Shown: in pieces, positions 40,416-57,979 of the stretch
How positions within the stretch are numbered: the stretch's first letter is position 1
Layout of the letters: each line of letters opens with the position of its first letter
Assembly: GCA_964016885.1 (NCBI GenBank)
Contig: CAXHJY010001349.1
Coordinates: 1 to 64,000, forward strand
Reading direction: 5' to 3'
Origin: Eledone cirrhosa
Lineage: Eukaryota
DNA: 64,000 nucleotides
The notes under the pieces: model-generated
Database searches by the model: none
What the model saw: only the letters and a program-made list of their open reading frames with translations
Told to the model about the DNA's origin: nothing
Program-made: the position numbers and the translations under genes

Positions 40416-41424
40416 CATAAAATGTCTATAGAATCACAAGATAAAATATAAACTATTTCCTCTTCCAATTAGCACAATTAACTATATAAGGAATCGAATA
40501 GACCAGGCTATACGAATGAGGCTTCTATGAAGGAATCTCCGACAAATAACCGAAAGTAGCGCTTCGCGCCGGCCGTAGCGGAATATTTATCGAATATTTC
40601 GACAGCGTAATCGCCTAGATATAGTCAACTAAACAGAATTAGGTTTAAAATACACTTGGAGAAAAGAGAATACATGTAAATACCTCTACCATGGTTTCGT
40701 CCGTGTTTTGAGTTTTCCAATAATTATGTAATAATTATATAAACTCGAGCGCCGGATTCTTCAGGAAGCTCGCTCACATCTAGACATTAAATTTTCCAGA
40801 ACGATTGCGCCAAGAATTCATTTCAAAATGGCTAAAAATCGTGACGCAGTCGCGGTAAAGTTGGAAGGGGTGTGGTAGTTGCTTACGACTGGTGGCATTT
40901 TTGCGAGAAAGCACAGCACAATACAGCCAAATTTGTATCTCAACCTAGTGGGAGATTATTACATATAAAAGTTTACATATATATATACATACAGATACAT
41001 ATACGTGTTTTGCAACTGGTCACTTTGTGGCACAATGAAAAATTAATAAATTAAACAATCAGAGCTATATATCATAAAACATGTCTATAGAATCACAAGA
41101 TAAAATATAAACTATTTCCTCTCCGAATTAGCATAATTAACTATATAAGAAATCGAATAGACCATGCTATACGAATGAGGCTTCTATGAAGGAATCTCCG
41201 ACAAATAACCGAAAGGAGCGCTTCGCGTCGGCCGTAGCCGAATATTTATCGAATATTTCGACAGCGTAATCGCCTAGATATAGTCAACTAAACAGAATTA
41301 GGTTTAAAATAAAGTAGGAGAAAATAGAATACATTTAAAAACCTCTACCATGGTTTCGTCCGTGTTTTGAGTTTTCCAATAATTATGTAATAATTATATA
41401 AACTCGAGCGCCGGATTCTTCAGG
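40416..41424 (-). mobile_element. Non-coding retrozyme-like element: 659-bp period, ~350-bp direct repeats each with an HHR
   Basis: 40416-40765 is repeated at 41073-41424; no ORF. Confidence 0.82.
40683..40768 (-). ncRNA. Hammerhead ribozyme with extended stem II (second copy 41342-41424 is cut at stem I)
   Basis: Minus strand: cttc-CTGAAGA-atccg..gagttt..aaactc..cggac-GAAA-ccatgg-TA-gagg. Confidence 0.8.
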
Positions 41425-41490
41425 TATATATATACATATATATATATATACATATATATAAAATATATATATATATATACATATATATAC

Positions 41491-41539
<49 letters not shown>

Positions 41540-41579
41540 CATACACATATATATATATAAATACATATATATATACATA

Positions 41580-41617
<38 letters not shown>

Positions 41618-41670
41618 CATATATATACATACATATATATACAAACATATATATACATACATATATATAC

Positions 41671-41707
<37 letters not shown>

Positions 41708-42419
41708 CATATATATATACATATATATACATATATATACATATATATACATATATATACATATATATACATATATATACATACATATATATATACATAT
41801 ATATACATATATATACATACATATATATATATATACATATATATACATATATATACATATACATACATATATATACATATACATACATATACATATACAT
41901 ACATATATATACAGACATACATACATATACATGACATACATATCTATACATACATATCTATACATACATATCTATACATACATATCTATACATACATATC
42001 TATACATACATATCTATACATACATATATATACATACATATCTATACATACATATACATACATATCTATACATACATATATATACATATATATATACATA
42101 CATATATATATAAATACATATATATATATACACACATATATATATATACATACATATATATCCATACATATATATACATACATATATATCCATACATATA
42201 TATACATACAAATATATATATATACATATATATATATATACACATATATATATATACATACATATATATATACATACATATATATATATACATATATATA
42301 TATACATATACATATATATACATATACATATATATACATATACATATATATATATATACATATACATATATATACATATAGATATATATATACATATATA
42401 TATATATACATATACATAT

Positions 42420-44172
42420 CCATTAATATCCTCGTGATATTTAATGTTTTTCACCGTGAAACTGTACAGTTAGGGCCATTTGAATAGGTAAATATTTATA
42501 TTATATTTTTTAATTTTGATTAATTTTAATTGTATATTAATTTTGATTTATTTTGAAAAATTGGTTGAATTTTACTTGTTCTGCTTATCGATATTAAGTT
42601 CTGGTATATCAAATTATTACCATAGAACCACCTTAAATCATAGACACACTATATATTTCCGGGGGTACATTGTACCCTCAGATATATATTAACCTTATTC
42701 AATAATCTCCAGTATGTAGAGATACAAATTTGTCGTTCTATTTAGTTACTAAAAATCTTTTTTTTTAGTGGCGATTATAGACGGCGAGTCTACGATTTCC
42801 CCCCTTCACTATACACCAATGTATTTACGGGTCACTTTCACGACCTTTTAGACCTGTATTAGTTGGTGTGAGGTCATATATTTTGTCGTTTCTGGGGTTT
42901 TTAACCCTAGGACAGGAAAATGCTTCTCTGATGATCGTTGCTTTTCCATTAATATCCTCGTGATATTTAATGTTTTGCACCGTGAAACTGTACAGTTAGG
43001 GCCATTTGAATAGGTAAATATTTATATTATATTTTTTAATTTTGATTAATTTTAATTGTATATTAATTTTGATTTATTTTGAAAAATTGGTTGAATTTTA
43101 CTTGTTCTGCTTATCTCGAAATTAAGTTCTGGTATATCAAATTATTACCATAGAACCACCTTAAATCATAGACACACTATATATTTCCGGGGGTACATTG
43201 TACCCTCAGATATATATTAACCTTATTCAATAATCTCCAGTATGTAGAGATACAAATTTGTCGTTCTATTTAGTTACTAAAAATCTTTTTTTTTAGTGGC
43301 GATTATAGACGGCGAGTCTACGATTTCCCCCCTTCACTATACACCAATGTATTTACGGGTCACTTTCACGACCTTTTAGACCTGTATTAGTTGGTGTGAG
43401 GTCATATATTTTGTCGTTTCTGGGGTTTTTAACCCTAGGACAGGAAAATGCTTCTCTGATGATCGTTGCTTTTCCATTAATATCCTCGTGATATTTAATG
43501 TTTTGCACCGTGAAACTGTACAGTTAGGGCCATTTGAATAGGTAAATATTTATATTATATTTTTTAATTTTGATTAATTTTAATTGTATATTAATTTTGA
43601 TTTATTTTGAAAAATTGGTTGAATTTTACTTGTTCTGCTTATCTCGAAATTAAGTTCTGGTATATCAAATTATTACCATAGAACCACCTTAAATCATAGA
43701 CACACTATATATTTCCGGGGGTACATTGTACCCTCAGATATATATTAACCTTATTCAATAATCTCCAGTATGTAGAGATACAAATTTGTCGTTCTATTTA
43801 GTTACTAAAAATCTTTTTTTTTAGTGGCGATTATAGACGGCGAGTCTACGATTTCCCCCCTTCACTATACACCAATGTATTTACGGGTCACTTTCACGAC
43901 CTTTTAGACCTGTATTAGTTGGAGTGAGGTCATATATTTTGTCGTTCCTGGGGTTTTTAACCCTAGGACAGGAAAATGCTTCTCTGATGATCGTTGCTTT
44001 TCCATTAATATCCTCGTGATATTTAATGTTTTGCACCGTGAAACTGTACAGTTAGGGCCATTTGAATAGGTAAATATTTATATTATATTTTTTAAATTTG
44101 ATTAATTTTAATTGTATATTAATTTTGATTTATTTTGAAAAATTGGTTGAATTTTACTTGTTCTGCTTATCT

Positions 44173-44175
<3 letters not shown>
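42420..44175 (+). repeat. Tandem array of ~3.3 near-identical 526-528-bp units, each with an HHR (42922-43002, 43450-43530, 43978-44058)
   Basis: Unit starts at 42420, 42946, 43474, 44002; ttct-CTGATGA-tcgttgc..cattaatatc/gatatttaatg..gcaccgt-GAAA-ctgtacag-TT-aggg. Confidence 0.9.
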
Positions 44176-44219
<44 letters not shown>

Positions 44220-44220
44220 C

Positions 44221-44288
<68 letters not shown>

Positions 44289-44316
44289 GTATATATGTAT
44301 ATATATGTATATATAC

Positions 44317-44511
<195 letters not shown>

Positions 44512-44630
44512 CATATATACATATATATATATATACATATATACATATATACATATATACATATATATATATATACATATATACATATATATATATATAT
44601 ATCTATACATATATATATATACATATATAC

Positions 44631-44739
<109 letters not shown>

Positions 44740-44776
44740 GATATATATACACATATATATATACATATATATATAC

Positions 44777-44823
<47 letters not shown>

Positions 44824-44824
44824 C

Positions 44825-44855
<31 letters not shown>

Positions 44856-44857
<2 letters not shown>

Positions 44858-46940
44858 TTGTTATATTTGGGGAGGGTCATATTTGCGTAATATTGCCAGA
44901 ATTAATAACAGAACACACTCACTGTTTGGTTGGTTTTCGCTTCTCGCTGTCTTTTATATATATATATCTGCGATCTAACTTACTCGGTCCTCAATGTTGC
45001 CATTGACTGACCGGCGGTCAAAAATAATACAGATACAATATAGACAAACACATATATATATAGTTTACATAATTTACATAAATCTTTCGTTGCACATCTG
45101 CAACATCGTCAGTGGTGTTATATTCATTGTTCCTCCTGTTGTGTTGTATGTCTACGCCATTTTTTTTTTGTTCAGTCTGTCTATATATTTATTTATTTAT
45201 TTGCTTGTTTGTTTATCTTATTTTATTTTGTCTTCTTTGCGCATGCGTTTGCGTGTGTGTATAGTGTTATGTGTGATGTGTGACTAGTGTGTATAGTGTT
45301 GTGTCTGCTGGGTGACTAGTGTGTGTTTATGTGCTTGTGTATGTATTTATTTATCTTATTTAATTTAATTTAATTTACTTATTTATTTATACTTCTCTTA
45401 GGTCAGTGTTGTTTGTTTGGGTGTTGTTGTTGTTCCACTCATTCTTTCTGTTTAGCTTTGGTCTTCTAATTTCTATTTCACTGGCCTCTCTGATTTGCCT
45501 ATCTGCTGGGTCATTCCTATGTTTAGATATTATTCTAATTTCTATGTTGTCTATGTTACCGTCATGTTGTTGTCTAGCATGTTCGTATAGTACTGACCCG
45601 TTTTTTCGTCCTTTTAGTTCCCCCCAGTGTTGGTCTATCCTTTCACCTATGCTACGAGCTGTCTCACCTATGTATGTTTTTGTCGTGTTTCTGCAAGTAC
45701 CCTCTGTACATCTTATGCTATAGACTACGTTTCTAGTTTTACAGTTTATCCGGGGGTTCACCTTACATATGATACATTTCCTATTGGTACAGTGGGTTTT
45801 CTTAAAAGGGTAGGTTTTGCTGATCAGGGATTTTATGGTGGTTCCTGGCTTTTCTACCACATTTATTTTTAAGTGGGTCTTTCTCAGGGCCTTTCTACAC
45901 TGGTTAGCTAATTTCCCTCCAGGGGTGGCGTCCACAAACATGACACTCTGATATCTCTGGTTGTCGTACCATGATGTGGCCTTCCCTATCTTATGTCTAG
46001 CCCTATCTAAGCTATTCCATGATTTGCTCCTGTATAGTGGGCAAATTCCTTTCATGTCCAGTTCTATGAGGGTCTTATACTTTTCCATGGCTCCTTCGTA
46101 TACTCTGACTCTGTCTCTTTGGTTGTAGCCAGAGAACTGCATGCGGTTGATGAAGTGTTGGATGTGTCCTTCCATTTCTGTTGGGTCGCACATGCTGGAC
46201 ACATTCTTCATCACTCGTACCAAATCTGCGATCAGAATATTAAACTTAGCACTACTGGACATTGCTGAGTTTTTTAGTATCAGGTATTTGGAGGCCATGG
46301 GTTTAGCATAGTGTGAGTGGAGAATTTGGGCTCTCTCGTCTATAGTGTTAATCCAGAATTCTGTGTCTAATACAGGTAGTCTATTGTTAGGGTGTTTGGA
46401 AGGGAAGTCTATAGTTACAGTTATACTCTGGTGTATGGAATTAGCTATCTGCTGGATGCTTTCCATCGTGCTACGTTATAAATCAAACTTGTTAGTGCTC
46501 CCTAGTGGGGGTGTTCTTATAGCTATATTGATATCGTCTACATAACGAGAGTACATGATGAGGTCTATGGAGCTTTCATTAAGGAGATCTTTAAGTCTCC
46601 TTTCCCATGAAAAGGTTGGCAACATCACCAGCTATGCTGACGCCGATGGCTGCTCCCTCATTTTGGGTGTAGATTTTCTCATTGAACTTAAATATGTGGC
46701 CCTTTAGGGTAGTTTTGATACTAGCCCCTATTGCATGTGCGACCATTTTTCTTACCTGATCAGTGTTTTGGGGGGTCCGTATAGCTTTGGTCCACCCAAT
46801 CCACCTTCCTATGGGAGTCTTTTTAGCCATTGAGGTTATGGTGGGGGGTCTACCTCTTATAGGTCTACTAGGGCAGAAACGTCTAAGGTCATGGCTGTCT
46901 AGGTAGTCAGTGTCGTAGGTAAGTCTAAGTAGGAGGCCCA
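44856..46940 (-). mobile_element. 5'-truncated, decayed Penelope-like element (RT C-half plus GIY-YIG, HHR at 45076-45118)
   Basis: [26 protein letters not shown] (~46530-46550), LPVLD, VVYSIRC..YIGETAR; CTGACGA-t-gttgca(gatg)tgcaac-GAAA. Confidence 0.9.
45387..46466 (-). pseudogene. PLE RT thumb plus GIY-YIG endonuclease fragment
   Basis: ORF track 359 aa with CIICK..NCKTRNVVYSIRC..YIGET..ERIDQH. Confidence 0.88.
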
Positions 46941-46970
46941 TATATATATATACATATATATATATATATG

Positions 46971-47120
<150 letters not shown>

Positions 47121-47235
47121 CCTATATATATTTATACATATATATATATATACATCTATATATATACACATATATATATATACATATATATATATATACA
47201 TATATATATACATACATATATATATATATATATAC

Positions 47236-47338
<103 letters not shown>

Positions 47339-47339
47339 C

Positions 47340-47418
<79 letters not shown>

Positions 47419-47461
47419 CATATATATATACATATATATATATATACATATATATATATAC

Positions 47462-47492
<31 letters not shown>

Positions 47493-47507
47493 CATATATA
47501 TATATAC

Positions 47508-47570
<63 letters not shown>

Positions 47571-47597
47571 CATATATATATATACATATATATATAC

Positions 47598-47707
<110 letters not shown>

Positions 47708-47710
47708 CAG

Positions 47711-47743
<33 letters not shown>

Positions 47744-47746
47744 CAC

Positions 47747-47847
<101 letters not shown>

Positions 47848-47860
47848 CATATATATACAC

Positions 47861-47931
<71 letters not shown>

Positions 47932-47936
47932 TATAC

Positions 47937-49868
<1,932 letters not shown>

Positions 49869-49918
49869 CAATTAAGATAAAACGAAACGAAATTTAATTT
49901 CGTTTCGTTATTTGTTTT

Positions 49919-50008
<90 letters not shown>

Positions 50009-50009
50009 T

Positions 50010-50250
50010 ATTTTTATTTTTATCCTGTAACCTTTATATGTAAATTGCCATGCTATATCATTTGATGAATGTCACCCCACTGTTGATCAATATGCGCATA
50101 TGTTTTATATGTCTCTTGGGTTGAAAAGGAGGTCAAGTATGTTATAGATCAGTAAATAGTTGCTCCGAAGAATCCAAACCTCGGTTTGGAGGAAACAATT
50201 GTAAGCAAATAAATGACTTAAACTGAACTTTGATTATTGTAATCTCTATA
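50010..50250 (+). mobile_element. PLE 3' end fragment with HHR (50160-50208; U4C core)
   Basis: ttgct-CCGAAGA-a-tccaaacc(tc)ggtttgga-g-GAAA-caattg-TA-agcaa-ataaa. Confidence 0.78.
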
Positions 50251-50263
50251 CATATATATATAC

Positions 50264-50322
<59 letters not shown>

Positions 50323-50453
50323 CATATATATATATACATATATATATATACACATATATATATACATATATATATATACATATATATATATACATATATA
50401 TATATACATATATATATATACATATATATATATATACATGTATATATATATAT

Positions 50454-50598
50454 ATTGTTATATTTGGGGAGGGTCATATTTGCGTAATATTGCCAGAATT
50501 AATAACAGAACACACTCACTGTTTGGTTGGTTTTCGCTTCTCGCTGTCTTTTATATCTGCGATCTAACTTACTCGGTCCTCAATGTTGCCATTTTCTG

Positions 50599-50600
<2 letters not shown>
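50454..50600 (-). mobile_element. Extreme 3' terminus of the 44856-46940 PLE family
   Basis: Nearly identical to 44856-45004. Confidence 0.9.
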
Positions 50601-50665
<65 letters not shown>

Positions 50666-50752
50666 CATATATATATACATATATATATATACATACATAT
50701 ATATATACATATATATATATACATACATATATATATACACATATATATATAC

Positions 50753-50809
<57 letters not shown>

Positions 50810-50836
50810 CATATATATATACACATATATATATAC

Positions 50837-50961
<125 letters not shown>

Positions 50962-50978
50962 CATATATATACATATAC

Positions 50979-51025
<47 letters not shown>

Positions 51026-51044
51026 CATATATATACATATATAC

Positions 51045-51075
<31 letters not shown>

Positions 51076-51076
51076 C

Positions 51077-51150
<74 letters not shown>

Positions 51151-51184
51151 CTCTCTCTCTATATATATATACATATATATTTAC

Positions 51185-51243
<59 letters not shown>

Positions 51244-51312
51244 CACATATATATATATATACATATACATACATATATATATATATACATATACATATAT
51301 ATACATATACAT

Positions 51313-51427
<115 letters not shown>

Positions 51428-51626
51428 CATACAGACATATATATAAATATATATATATATTATTTCAAAATATTAATAAATATAGACATTCATGTAATCA
51501 AATATACTTTATTATATATATTTGGGATGTACTGTGCTGTTTCCTCAGTACGTCCTCATAAGATAAAATACATAAATTGTTGTATGACATACCTCAACTG
51601 TGCTGATGGTTCAATTCCTGTCTTGG

Positions 51627-51675
<49 letters not shown>

Positions 51676-52636
51676 TATACATATATATATACAGACACAC
51701 ACATATATATATATGTATATATAAAGTAAAGAAAATTAACCAAGTGAGGACAAGACAACGAACGGAAACAAAACAAAACGAAAAACAATTTTTATGGGGA
51801 AACCTTAAATAATTATTTAAAAAAAATAAAAATACGATCGAAGGATAAATAATTCAATGGTCATCAGCAGCTGTAATGGACTTGGGCAGTTTCGATCCCT
51901 ACCAATGGTACTGCTGTTCCATCCTGGCTGACAACGTCTGACACAAGCCAAATGCTGTCCTGTGAGGTAAGAGACGAGTGACAATACATTAATTTATAGC
52001 AATTAAGCTACAATACCTATATATATAGGTATTAAATGCTATGAGATATGTTGGTTTCACTTGATAGTTTCTAGATAATAAATTTCAAGGCATATTTCAA
52101 ATGCGCCCTCTGGACAAAACGGTGATGGTGTTGAAGTGAAGAACAAATTAGAAACACTAACTTCATCAATCACCCACCTTAGGGGTCCCTTCCCTTAGCA
52201 GGATACACTCATCACGAATTTGTTGGCGGAAAACGGCAGATCGTGGACTGAGGATATGAGCGGTGTTAGTGGCAACTGAGAGGTAAAGGGCGTGATGGCT
52301 CGCGAAAATCCCGGTATTTATCATCTTCTTTTCCTCTTCTTACGGGTAGAGTTTCCTGCTATCTCAAGAGATATTTGCTTTTCATGGTAAATCACAACTC
52401 AGCCTAAAGTTAAGCATTTGTTACAAAATCGCCATACCAGCGTTTTACAACATATGAAGGCTGTGTATGTTGTAAATGACAAAATGGTTATCTAAAACAT
52501 ACATATTTGTTGTCTCTTGAGTTGCTGTAACGCACAGTTTATATAGCGGGAATTTTAGTAGCAATAACTGTCCACCTATTAATTCTAGTACTATGCAAAT
52601 AAAGACCCATACATAACCTCCCCACGCACATACATT

Positions 52637-52639
<3 letters not shown>

Positions 52640-52713
<74 letters not shown>
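52640..52713. repeat. (CA)n microsatellite
   Basis: Directly visible. Confidence 0.95.
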
Positions 52714-52718
<5 letters not shown>

Positions 52719-53789
52719 TATATATATATATTACTATGTAATAAGCAATATTATATTGTGTTTTTATTACATAATTAAATAGCTCTGTACTATACTTAGA
52801 ACACTCTCCTTTCCTTTACCTTTTCCACGGAAATACTTAACATATATATATATATATATATAATTGGTGTTGGATGCTTAAAGCGTCCGTATGCGGTAGG
52901 CCGTTTGAGCACGCGAATTAGGAAAATCTGCTTCGTAGAATTAAGACGTATCTGAGGACATTGCGATTTTCAGAGTCAGGTTCGATCATCACATCGATCG
53001 TGCCTCGAGCTGGTCGCCAGAGAAACGATTGTAATATGTCCAATAAATTCCATTCGTCGCAATACTGATTCTCTTTTTTTCTGTTATATATATATTTCAC
53101 AGGCGATACCCGCTGATGAAGCCGCATAAGCCGATTGTGCATTGTTGCATGATATATGTAGACAGATGGTGCAGTTCACCTTACTGCTGCATTAGTGCAG
53201 CAGAAACTCGAGTCTGGGAACCTTATAGGCACCCGTTTGCAAGCGACCTATCTTTTGATATCAATTATATTCTTCGTATATTTATATATAGAAAGGAAAG
53301 AAAGAATAGAGAAATATAGAAAAAATAATATAGAAAAAAAATAGAAGGGGAGAAAGAAAGAAGAAAAGATCGGTAAGTGGAGGGGATGGCAAAGGTCTGG
53401 TGTTGAAGAAGTAGGGGGGGGGGTTGAAGGGAGTGGGTGATTGGGCTTTTTGCCTAGGGTAAGAGGGCAGAAGTGCTGCGCTCTGTTGACAAGATGGCAA
53501 AATCATTCCCCCAAACGATGGCCAGTGACACCAGCTGCAACAGCTACACACCCTCGTGGGACTACCTCCTCAGACGGGCCACCGATGTTCCGATCTTGCG
53601 GAGGAGCTCGGCAATACGGGGTCTAAGTACGCTTGAGGTCTTGAGGGCGACCGGTACGAAGAAGAAGCGGCCGGATAAGCCCCGGTATTTGTTTATTTTA
53701 CGTTCTTCTGCGAGGTGGGCTAACAGACTTGAAAATGAACTTGAATTTACTTTTTATCATCAATATATTTTAAAAGTAGCATTTATCCA

Positions 53790-54330
53790 ACTTACTACTT
53801 TTCAACCCCGCAAAGCTCAACTTTGTATTTCACCCTTCCGAGGTTGATAAATTAAAGTACCAGTAAAATGCTGGAGTCGATCAACTTTCCTCTTCCCTCA
53901 AATTCTGGCCTTTTGTCTAAATTAGAAACCATTATATTTGTGGATTGGCAGTATCGGTAGAGGGTCGGACGCCATGCTTTGATGCATAGAGTTACGGCCC
54001 TTGCCATTCTGAGTTCAAATCCCGCCGAGGTTAACTTTGCCTTTCATCCTTACGGATTCGATAAAATAAAGTACCAGTAATGCACTGGGTAATTGCTGGT
54101 CTTGTGCCAAACCTAGAAACAATTATATTTGTCGGTCTTCGAAATCTGTAGTTTGGCAGAGTCATAATACATAGAATGAAATGCACTGTAGTTTCCACTG
54201 TATTTTCCATGTTCAATCCCGCCGATGTTAACTTTGCCTTTTAACCTCCTGAGTTCGATGAAATAAAGAATCAAAGAAGCATTGGGGTCGGTTTAAATTG
54301 TTGAGCTTGTGCCTAAATTTGAATTCATTT
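53790..54330 (+). mobile_element. Cluster of about three tRNA-derived SINE copies (best copy 53940-54120)
   Basis: A-box-like TGGCAGTATCGG, B-box GAGTTCAAATCCC, conserved body ctttgcctttcatcct..gataaaataaagtaccagt resembling cephalopod Nin/Deu-type SINEs. Confidence 0.75.
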
Positions 54331-55799
54331 TATTTGTCAATTTAGTTCTAGCCTCGTCTTGTATTCAAGAAAAGAGGAAATATATATTTGTGCGTATGCA
54401 TGTATATACATTATAACGTTTTCTTTTTTATTGGACAGTGAAACAAAACTTTTAGTTTTATAGTAGAAGAGGGCGATTGATTGAAGATTAATTTACTTAT
54501 TTATTCGATCTAGCCTGTAGATGCTAAGATAGTATAGAGGATAATTCTAAATTAATACTAACCTTTTCTTACACATATATTCTGTTAAATTTCCAGGGAC
54601 TAACCAAAGGCATCTGCTCTTTGTTATCCTACCACTCGATCTCTCACAATTCCAGTACACTATGTTTCATAGATTTTAATCTCTCTTCGTATTGTAAAAT
54701 TCGCAACTCCTCCCTATAATTCTCATATATCTCGATTACGTTTCCGTGAAAATTTTCAGTATGTCTATCATCTTTTTGGTGAAAGAATATTTTCTAGGAG
54801 ACTCATTAATACTTTCTCCCATTCAGTATATGGAATTGAAAGTTTCATATTTTCCGAATTATGTTTAATAAAAAATATTTTGAAAAAAATACGTATATTG
54901 TGGCCTTTGGTGTTATTTGATAATTTCGGATAATCATCTTATTGAAACTTTCCACCGTAAAGTTATTTCTTAATTCTACTCAAACGAAAACGTATCTATT
55001 CTATCTATTAATTCTAGTGTCTAGTAGCTATGTTCTGTTGTGTTATGTAACCGTTCTCATTCGTCACTTCCACAAAAATGATTATTGTTTTTATCAGACT
55101 CAAGGCTAATTTTATGTAAGCGAGGTTATTATTGCATTGAATCAACGAAAGTATATTACAGTTCTTTAATTTATTTTTCTAGCAGAGATAAAAGGTAAAT
55201 ATATTTTAGTTTGAATTCATACCAGAACAAATAGACAGATGTGACATAGACCTTAATGCTGCTATCACTTAGCTTTAAATAAAAGCCATAATTTATGTGA
55301 TCATTAAAAGTATTTTTTAAAGAAATGTATCTATTTCACTCTTTTACAAATTATTCACTCTTCATTAAAGTTATGTTTTTGTCTAACGTATTAAAACATA
55401 AAATGAGTGAAATAACAAAAAAATAATTCTTTCCTTCAACAGGCGATGCTCGCCCAATGATACAAGGAAATATTCTAAACACCACTTGATAAGTATGCCT
55501 TTGAGTTAACTTTGAAATTTTCTTTAGTTTTCTAGATATCATTCTATTGACATTGTTAGATTGCAGTATGTTGTGATTTTGAAGTATCTGAAAAAAAAGA
55601 CACTTCTGAAAGAAACCTTCACTATCTTAGAAATAATCCCTCATTATGAAAACCGGAAACTATTCTTCATATAACACAAACCACGCTAAAAGAAGGATGT
55701 CCAGAGAGAGTGGAAAACGTTCAATTCATCCTTTGATATGATTATTAGCAGTGCTAGCAAGCACTTTTGAGTGCAAGGCATGCTTTATGAATAATAGGT

Positions 55800-56300
55800 T
55801 GAGGCTAGAAATATGAGTCCTCTAACTCGGTACTGAACTTATAGTGGCTCCTGGGGTGCGTGGCGGCGGAAGGCCCTGAAACCCTCATCGACATCAAGTT
55901 TACAAAGGAGGACAGGTGGTCCGGGAATGGTTTGGAGTTTCTTCGCCAAATCAGACCCGAAGACGTGTACGAAATCCAGGTAGTCATGGAGGGCAAACGG
56001 CCACCACACTACTTCATTTGTGATGACGCCCCACACCTGCGAGTCTTTGCCCCCCCCCCCCCAGCTGAAAATTGCAGGGGGCCACAAACCTCCGTTGCTT
56101 GCTGCCAAGACTGGTGCCGGGACAAAAGACAACACCAGCACCAACAACAGCAACAGTAAAGGAAACAACACCACCTGCAACAACATCAGTAGCAACAACA
56201 CCAACAAGGACTATTAAAACCACCAATGGAGACACCCAAACAGGCTCTCCCTCTTCCTCTTTTTCAAATACATGGACATGCCTCTCCTTGTGGCGGGGGA
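55800..56300 (+). pseudogene. Possible decayed L1/Tx1-type ORF1 fragment with degenerate zinc knuckle
   Basis: IQVVMEGKRPPH(Y)FICDDAPHLRVF(C)P followed by a Thr/Pro-rich tail; two Cys positions are mutated or frameshifted. Confidence 0.4.
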
Positions 56301-56869
56301 CAGGTTACGTTGTTGAGGCGGCCCATTTATGCCAGTACCTTCTACGAAGAGGGATGGGCATGCCGTGGCTAATGATGCACAAACATGTACTGAGGCTGTT
56401 GCCGTGTGTAGAACGGATCCGTCTTTCGGCCGAGTCCATAGTGAAGAACGACCCACCGCCTACTTTTGTCCAGGAAGGGCAGGTAATTTTCCTCTGCCAG
56501 GTGGCGGTAGTGAAAGAGGTTGTCTGGTGGACCAGGTTGAAAGGATTGATGACAGACACTTCTCTCTTCGGCCAATTCCTCATCAATTTTTTAAAAGTTT
56601 AACTTGGAAAGGAAGGCGAGGGCGGTGAGAGAAGTGCTGCTCCCAGTAAATTTGCTGAAAGATGGGTGAATGTGATGAGAATGACCTGTATGAAAGGGCC
56701 CTGCGCATGCCTCTGAGCATGCGCCTGTAAGCTGGTTAATTTGAGGGGGTGAGGGGAACCCTTACCGGGTGTCCTCGAAGTGTTGGGTGGTCAGGTTTGG
56801 TGGGATACTTGAGTCGCCGCTGGGTGGTTATTCCCCCTATTAGGAAATTTCATTATTGTATTGCCAATA

Positions 56870-57320
56870 GGCGGTGGATTGGCAGTATCGGTAGAGGGTC
56901 GGTAGCCATGCTTTGACGTATAGAGTTACGGCCCTTGCCATTCTGAGTTCAAATCCCGCCTAGGTTAACTTTGCCTTTCAATCTTTACGGGGTCGATAAA
57001 ATAAAGTACCAGTAATGTACTGAATAATTGCTGGCCTTGTGCCAAACGTAGAAACAATTATTGTATTGCCAATAAATAAAACCTTTATTATTATTATTGT
57101 GTTGGATTGGCAGTATCGATATAGTTTCGGACATCATGCTTTTCAGCATAGAGTTACGGCCCTTTACGTTCAAATCCCGCTGAGGTTAATTTGCCTTTCA
57201 TCCTTACGGGGCCGATAAAATAAACCAGTAAGGATGAAAGGCACAGCTAACCTCAGCGGAAATTGAACTCAGACCGCAAAGGGCCGTAACTCTATGCCGC
57301 AAAGCATGGTTACCGACTAT
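56870..57320. mobile_element. SINE cluster of the same family (two plus-strand copies and one inverted partial copy)
   Basis: Same head and body as 53940-54120; 57230-57315 is reverse-complementary. Confidence 0.75.
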
Positions 57321-57979
57321 TAATATAATAATAATAATGAATTTATTTATTGGCCATAAGGGCCGAAAAATATAATAATAATTATTATTATTATTGTTAT
57401 TATTTGGCTCCGGGTGGGGTTTTAACTGCACCATCTTATATATTAACACCGTTATCAGTGTCATGTATTGGCAGAAACTGTTGTACACCGAACGAAAGGT
57501 TTATCTTTTTTGTTTTTCGAAATATTAATTACCAGTTATGTACTGCAGTCAATTATTTTCACTATTCTTTTTCAATGTAAGAAATGTATAAAAAACATCA
57601 TTGGAATTAAATCATGTTTCCATCTTATGAGGATTTTAGCATAAAAATATGTAGTCCAAATTTAGTTATGTCATAATATTTAGATATAAACATATAAATT
57701 TAGATATAATATTTAGACATAAACATATAACATTTTTTAAAAGAATGTTAAATATCAAAATGGGTTAGAAATAGCGTTAACATGATTCCAAATGCCGAAA
57801 ATATGCAGTAGAATATTATTTAGGAAGGAAAGAATTAATACAAATTAGGTTAAAGTACTCAAACAAAGTAAAAAATCAATAGAAAATATGAAACTTTCAC
57901 AGACGTATTGCAGCCATTCAATTGGTCGTATACACACTACCCGTATATAAATATATATGGCATATGAATCAATTTCCAT

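Noticed and set aside
51840-53700. GC-richer segments and short ORFs as host exons
   Set aside because: No recognisable protein motif or consistent splice structure; cannot be supported without a search
53940-54025. tRNA gene
   Set aside because: A and B boxes are present but no cloverleaf; it is the head of a multi-copy SINE
56305-56830. Short ORFs on both strands downstream of the ORF1-like fragment
   Set aside because: No motifs; probably a decayed repeat
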